From Spirochaetia bacterium (GTDB lineage: Bacteria; Spirochaetota; Spirochaetia; DSM-2461): a stretch of 64,000 bases of DNA. Positions 59,046 to 64,000 of this stretch are shown here, piece after piece. The stretch is taken from positions 448,001-512,000 of the forward strand of contig CAXXIA010000002.1 of the NCBI GenBank assembly GCA_963666985.2, read 5' to 3'. Positions within the stretch are counted from its first letter, which is position 1; every line of letters starts with the position of its first letter. A model generated the notes under the pieces. It was not told the DNA's origin. It searched no databases and saw only the letters and a program-made list of their open reading frames with translations. A program made the position numbers and the translations under genes.

Positions 59046-60244
59046 CCGGCGTACTCCATCTCAAAGATCAGGGCGGAAACCTTATCGCCGCTTTGCACGA
59101 ACTCAATCCGTTCATCCAAAAGCAAGAGGGCATTAACGTCGGCGAAATTTAGAAAATGCGAGGTTTTCTGCGAAACCGCGGCCTTCGCCGTCAGCTTTCC
59201 GTTTCGCACCCGTACACAGGCCCGCTGAACATCAAATCGTCCCCGTTTCGATGTTACGGATTCTTCCATCTCAACGTCCAGACGCCGATGCTCATGGTTT
59301 TCATAGCCGTACATTTTTTTCAACACGGGTATTAAATAAAGAAACACGTTGGTTGTGAGAGCCGCCGGATACCCCGGCATGGCGAAAATAAACTTCCCGC
59401 CTCTGCGGGCGGCTATCATAGGTCTTCCCGGCTTGATGTGTGTTCCGTCAATAAGACGTTCATATTGAGAATAATGCAGTACGGTCTTGAGATAGTCGAA
59501 CTTTCCCATGGAAACTCCGCCGGTGGTAACGATAAGGTCGTATGACTCGAACATCTCATCCAGTGTTTGTGCCGTCTCCTTTTCGGAATCACCGATAACC
59601 CTATGACAGCCGCAGCTGATATGAAGACTGCGGAAAACACTCTCCAGGATATAGCGGTTCGTATCGTAAACGGCTCCGGGCCGAAACGGATCGCCGGCAT
59701 TAATCAGTTCATCGCCGCTGACCAGAATCCCGACCCGAGGCTGCCTGAAGACCTCGACATCGGCGATTCCGGCGGCGAAAAGAGCGGGATAAAGCGTGTT
59801 ATCGATGCGGAATCCGGAAGAAGCGAATCGTTCGCCCTTTTTCATTTCTTCACCGGGGAGCACAATGTTTTCACCCTCGTTCTCCGCTTTTTCAAGAACA
59901 AGATTTTCTCCCTGACATCGGCAGTCTTCAACGCGAATCACCGCTTTCGTCCGAGGAGGAACCGGCGCACCGGTCATCACCGCGAGAGCCTGATTTTCGT
60001 TCAGCGCCGGAGGCGCTCCGGCTCCCGCCGCCGATGTGCCGATAATGCGAAATTCCTTCCGATGAATATCGGCAACGGCATAACCGTCCACGGCACTCTT
60101 ATGAATATCGGGAAAAGGACGAGAGGTCAGCAAGTCACGGGCGAGAATGCGTCCGAAACTCTCTTCGGCGGGGATTCTTTCAGATCCTGCCCTTTCAGCC
60201 GCATCCAGCAGCAGCCCGTAGGCTTCGGAAAACGAATGCGGCAT
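59042..60244 (-). CDS. moeA: Molybdopterin molybdotransferase MoeA
   Basis: SAVDGYA, MTGAPVP, SGDEL, TGGVSMG..D, IKPGRP, MPGYP. Confidence 0.95.
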   Translation of the reverse strand: MPHSFSEAYGLLLDAAERAGSERIPAEESFGRILARDLLTSRPFPDIHKSAVDGYAVADIHRKEFRIIGTSAAGAGAPPALNENQALAVMTGAPVPPRTKAVIRVEDCRCQGENLVLEKAENEGENIVLPGEEMKKGERFASSGFRIDNTLYPALFAAGIADVEVFRQPRVGILVSGDELINAGDPFRPGAVYDTNRYILESVFRSLHISCGCHRVIGDSEKETAQTLDEMFESYDLIVTTGGVSMGKFDYLKTVLHYSQYERLIDGTHIKPGRPMIAARRGGKFIFAMPGYPAALTTNVFLYLIPVLKKMYGYENHEHRRLDVEMEESVTSKRGRFDVQRACVRVRNGKLTAKAAVSQKTSHFLNFADVNALLLLDERIEFVQSGDKVSALIFEMEYAG

Positions 60245-60246
60245 CC

Positions 60247-61269
60247 TTAATACCCTCGGCCGAAGGGACAGACCGGGAAAACACATTTTTCACAGAAATG
60301 GCAGAGCCCCCCGTGACCGGAATCCACGATTTCCTCTTCGGGTATACGCTCACCGCAGACCAAACGCGGCAGGAAGAGATCAAGCGCCGTTGCCCTGTAA
60401 TAAAGAGCCGCGGCGGGAACGGCGCAGACGGCCGTATTTCCGGCATAACCGATCGTCAAGTTGTTACCCGGCTGTATCGGATTGCCCTTGCCTTCAAAAT
60501 AAATCCCGGCCTCGGCCATGGCCTGTACGGTAACGTCATCCGGATCCACCGACGTTCCTCCGGTGATAAGAACGATTTCGGCCTGTTCCAGAGCCCTGCG
60601 GAGAGCTTCGGTTATCCGTCCGAAATCATCCGGAAGAATATCCGAATAAACAACCTTCACCCCCATTCTCTCCAGCTTGCCGGTCAGCTTCGGGGTGAAT
60701 CCATCCTCTACGGCTCCGCTGAACACCTCGGAGCCTGTAACGAGGACGGCGGCACTTTTTCTGACATAAGGCTGAATAGAAAGAAGCGGCCGGGAAAGGA
60801 TTGCAAGAAGCCGATCCATTATATTCCGTTCACATGTCAGAGGAATAATGCGGAATGCGGCAACCTGTTTTCCCTTTTCAACAGGAAAACGATCATGGAT
60901 GGTCGGCAGAGAGGGAACGCCAAGACGATTGATTTCTCTGAGCCGATCCCGATCGACGCGAAAAAGCCCTTTTGTTTCCGCATAGAAACTGATTTTTCCC
61001 TCACTCGGCCGCTCATCATAAGAAATAAACTCACCGGCGATCAGAGGAGCCGCGGTTACGGCCGCTTCGTCTTCATGGACTTCGTCGCTTTGGCCGTCAA
61101 CAACATAGACATTCAGTTTACCGAGCCTTTTGAGACGATCAAGATCATCCTTGCGTATCTTATGTCCCCTTTTATAAGCTCTTCTCTTAATATGGGATGC
61201 CAAACATATTTCGGTAATATCATGGGCCAGTATTTCACCGACCGCATTATCCAGCGGAATTTTCTTCAT
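60247..61269 (-). CDS. Molybdopterin-binding (MoeA-like) protein with C-terminal Cys cluster
   Basis: LAHDIT, HEDEAA, TGSEV, GGTSVDPDD, PG; ends GGLCHFCEKCVFPVCPFG. Confidence 0.8.
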   Translation of the reverse strand: MKKIPLDNAVGEILAHDITEICLASHIKRRAYKRGHKIRKDDLDRLKRLGKLNVYVVDGQSDEVHEDEAAVTAAPLIAGEFISYDERPSEGKISFYAETKGLFRVDRDRLREINRLGVPSLPTIHDRFPVEKGKQVAAFRIIPLTCERNIMDRLLAILSRPLLSIQPYVRKSAAVLVTGSEVFSGAVEDGFTPKLTGKLERMGVKVVYSDILPDDFGRITEALRRALEQAEIVLITGGTSVDPDDVTVQAMAEAGIYFEGKGNPIQPGNNLTIGYAGNTAVCAVPAAALYYRATALDLFLPRLVCGERIPEEEIVDSGHGGLCHFCEKCVFPVCPFGRGY

Positions 61270-61352
61270 AGTAACCTCGGGCGGGAAATATTGGCATTTT
61301 TAGAGGATTTTGTGAATGGAACCGTCACGGCATCTTCTCAAAGCCGATTTAT

Positions 61353-63524
61353 TCAGGTTTGATCTCCGTCATCATCCCTCAGTGTAAAAACCCCGATCTT
61401 TTCGGTGACGGATCGAATGCTGCCGCTATTCTCCCGGCTCAAAGATCGAACGCTTTCCACGGCGGCTCCGATCTGTTCGATACCCGAAAGGACTTCACTC
61501 ATGCCGTTACTGATCCGCAGGGATATATTCCGAAGATCCTCCATGGAAGATCCCACGGTTTCTCCGCCGTTCTTCATGGTGTCGGAAAAATCCCGGACCT
61601 GACCGGTCAACTTATTCATCTGTGCGAGGGAGGTTAAAACCTCTTCCCCCGCGGAATTCTGCTCGGTCAGAGCGTGTTCAATCTGTTTTTCCAGCTGATT
61701 CACTTCTTTAACCATGGAATGGATCGACTCAAACTGAACAGCCGCCCCCTGCGCCGTATCCACCACGTTGTTAATCACACCGACAATGTCCTTAAGATTC
61801 GCCAGTATTCCGCGGGACTGTTCGGTCGCGTTTTCCGCGAGTTTTCGTATCTCGTCGGCAACTACCGCAAAGCCTTTTCCATACTCGCCCGCATGTGCGG
61901 CCTCAATCGCGGCGTTCATCGCCAGAAGGTTCGTCTGGGAAGCGATGCTTGAAATAAGGTCGTTGGCTTCCTGAAGATTCTTTGAACGTACGGCGATATC
62001 CCGGACTCCTTCAACAAGATTTTGAAGCTGAATATGTCCCTTCCCCGACGCGTCGACAAGGCGGTCGGTAAATTCGGAGGCCCTTATATTGGTCTCGGCG
62101 ATGGTTCCGACATTGGTTACCATCTCTTCCACGGCGGCCGATGATTCGGTAATAACGCTCGCTTGGTTTTCGATCCTTTCATCCAAATCGTCCAGATTGT
62201 TGATAAGAATCCGAATTAATTCAGAGGAACTTTCGACGGAGTCGTTTTGAGAAGAAACCTGGGTTTCCATACTTGTAATGGTCGCGAGTATCTGATTCTG
62301 GGCGGATGCGGTTTCTTCCATTTGTTCCAGCAGATCGTCACCGGATTTGGATAAGGTACCGATTTCGTCCCTTATGCCCCGAATCAATGAGTTGAGTGAA
62401 TCAATGAAACGATTGAAATATCTCGCCAGTAAGCCGATCTCATCCGCCGAGTGTTCCTTAACCGATATGGTAAGATCCCCTCTTCCTTCGGAAATCTCCC
62501 GCAGCGATCCTCCTACCAGCCTGATGGGCCCGGTTATCATTCGGAGCAGAAAAACGGAAAGTATGATAATAACGATAAACGTCGCGGCAAAAGCAATGAC
62601 GGTAATTCTCACGAGCCTGTGATTCACCAACTGGATTTCGCCGATTGTATCCTGAAGGTACTCAATCTCCGACGCAATCGCGGCATCAATGGAATTCACA
62701 AGAACATCCGTTGATGCGAGAAAGGTATCCAGCTTGGTGAAATAATCGGCGTCATTAAAACCCCATACGATATCCTTCGACGCCCGCTCCAGCATGTACC
62801 AGTCATCCCCGTTCATCATCTCGGAAAGGATCTCCGCCGTTCTATCGGAAAGGATCAAACCCGGATTCCGGGAATTTTCCTCTAGACCGTCGGCGGCCGA
62901 GAAAAATAATAAAACCTCGTCGCCGTTCAAGCTCCTCCGCTTGGAAAAAAAGATCCTGCCGTAGCTTCGAAACTGCAGACAGGAATCCCGCAATTGATAA
63001 AGTATATTGATGCCGGTAAGAGTCTTTCCCACCCCGCCGATGGTGTCCCGCTTGGCAAATTCCTGATTTATTTCCTGAATTTGCTGAATCGCGCTGCTGT
63101 ATATGGACAAAATGGAGATTTCCGCCAGTGTCTTTCCTTCGGTACAGGAGCGCATGGGTTCGACGAATGAAATGGCCCTCTTGCCCGATTCTTTACAGCC
63201 TTCAGGAAGATGCGCCCCTTCCATGATCTTTAAAAACTCATCCGCTTTAAGATTCGTTTCGGCTACCGCATCTTTAAAATCCTTAACCGAAGCCGATCCG
63301 CAAAGATATGCCCCGCACTGCTCCCGTTCATCCTGAAGACAGTCAATGAATTCGGAAATCCGAATAATTGATTCCACGTTCCGCTTCATGTCCTTTGCCG
63401 TCTTCAGATTATCGATCCGAACCTGAAGATACACCGTGCAGTACGCACTGAACGCAAGAAAAGGAACCGCCGCGAGGAGAATGAGTTTAAATCGTAAAGA
63501 CAGTGCAAAATGTCGTTTTCGCAT
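61353..63524 (-). CDS. Methyl-accepting chemotaxis protein with probable NIT (nitrate/nitrite-sensing) domain
   Basis: TM, then FIDCLQDEREQCGAYL (cf. NIT consensus LVHELQxERG), [23 protein letters not shown]. Confidence 0.85.
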   Translation of the reverse strand: MRKRHFALSLRFKLILLAAVPFLAFSAYCTVYLQVRIDNLKTAKDMKRNVESIIRISEFIDCLQDEREQCGAYLCGSASVKDFKDAVAETNLKADEFLKIMEGAHLPEGCKESGKRAISFVEPMRSCTEGKTLAEISILSIYSSAIQQIQEINQEFAKRDTIGGVGKTLTGINILYQLRDSCLQFRSYGRIFFSKRRSLNGDEVLLFFSAADGLEENSRNPGLILSDRTAEILSEMMNGDDWYMLERASKDIVWGFNDADYFTKLDTFLASTDVLVNSIDAAIASEIEYLQDTIGEIQLVNHRLVRITVIAFAATFIVIIILSVFLLRMITGPIRLVGGSLREISEGRGDLTISVKEHSADEIGLLARYFNRFIDSLNSLIRGIRDEIGTLSKSGDDLLEQMEETASAQNQILATITSMETQVSSQNDSVESSSELIRILINNLDDLDERIENQASVITESSAAVEEMVTNVGTIAETNIRASEFTDRLVDASGKGHIQLQNLVEGVRDIAVRSKNLQEANDLISSIASQTNLLAMNAAIEAAHAGEYGKGFAVVADEIRKLAENATEQSRGILANLKDIVGVINNVVDTAQGAAVQFESIHSMVKEVNQLEKQIEHALTEQNSAGEEVLTSLAQMNKLTGQVRDFSDTMKNGGETVGSSMEDLRNISLRISNGMSEVLSGIEQIGAAVESVRSLSRENSGSIRSVTEKIGVFTLRDDDGDQT

Positions 63525-63837
63525 AGAGTCTCCTTTCATGTCATTCGTTTTTTAAATTCCGCGATAATAAAACAGAACGCTATATTAGTTAATGCCGATT
63601 ATCAAGTAGATAATAGTTAGGTGAAGCCTTGATGGAACGCAACCGCGAAACAGGCCTCCGGAGTAAGATTTCACGAAAGAGCTCAAGGAAGCTTCATTCC
63701 GGCCGGTTTCCTTTATGAGGGTTTCCGTATTTTAAATCTTTCCAAACCGGCAGCCTTTTTCCCGAGTGCCTTTTTAAGGTTATAAATCCGGTTAAAAATG
63801 CTTATTCTTGGCGCGATACGCGTAAATCCATATGATG

Positions 63838-63877
63838 GAGGTGATTTCAAAAATCAGCGATTTTTGAAACAAAGCTC
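63838..63877 (+). repeat. Palindromic interspersed repeat (family A), copy 4
   Basis: GAGGTGATTTCAAAAATCAGCGATTTTTGAAACAAAGCTC; perfect TTTCAAAAATC/GATTTTTGAAA stem. Confidence 0.85.
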
Positions 63878-63881
63878 TCAG

Positions 63882-64000
63882 CAGGCTGTTGAAAAAGTAA
63901 GATTTGGTTCGAAGATAGCGAGCGAGACTCGCAGCTCGCTGCCGAATCAAGCACAGAAAGCGCAGCGTACCGGCTGTACGTGAGCATTTCGAGCATTGAT
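63882..64000. mobile_element. Probable left end of another MITE or IS (runs off the window)
   Basis: Starts CAGGCTGTTGAAAAAG (resembles IS-type termini) and continues with internal hairpins (AGCGAGC/GCTCGCT, CGTAC/GTACG). Confidence 0.55.

Noticed and set aside
63525..63837. Moco or c-di-GMP riboswitch upstream of the MCP/Moco genes (also checked 61270-61352)
   Set aside because: Could not match the consensus elements in the right order on the coding strand; an Infernal search would settle it

Overview
64-kb stretch of a bacterial chromosome, GC-rich by eye with AT-richer patches. The gene style suggests a free-living or anaerobic spirochaete (inference from the MCP types, proA-proB order, FecR/LipL45-like and DUF285 lipoproteins). 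Housekeeping and metabolic genes: 3' part of monomeric icd, proAB, tkt, lgt, xylA/xylB with an AraC regulator, murD, an NFACT/RqcH homologue, a macrodomain protein and a molybdopterin-cofactor operon. Signalling genes are abundant: three histidine kinases, four receiver proteins, HD-GYP, GGDEF, PP2C and two MCPs. There are also RND, MATE and MFS exporters. No rRNA, tRNA, CRISPR array, transposase or integrase was recognised. Most notable observations: (1) a secreted caspase-like protease carrying two copies of an unnamed acidic domain that recurs as a stand-alone secreted protein on the far side of an MCP; (2) a GGDEF protein and a MinD/FlhG-like ATPase whose catalytic folds appear interrupted by large insertions; (3) an intact 186-bp MITE with 16-bp TIRs and a 5-bp TSD, plus at least two other families of small repeated elements; (4) 22-bp-phased operator-like sites and a structured GGA-rich RNA candidate between a NarL-type two-component system and an RND pump; (5) a frameshift-split Cache kinase; (6) a sharply bounded AT-rich signalling islet; (7) a NIT-like MCP heading the Moco operon. 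All family calls come from motif recognition by eye, with no database search.
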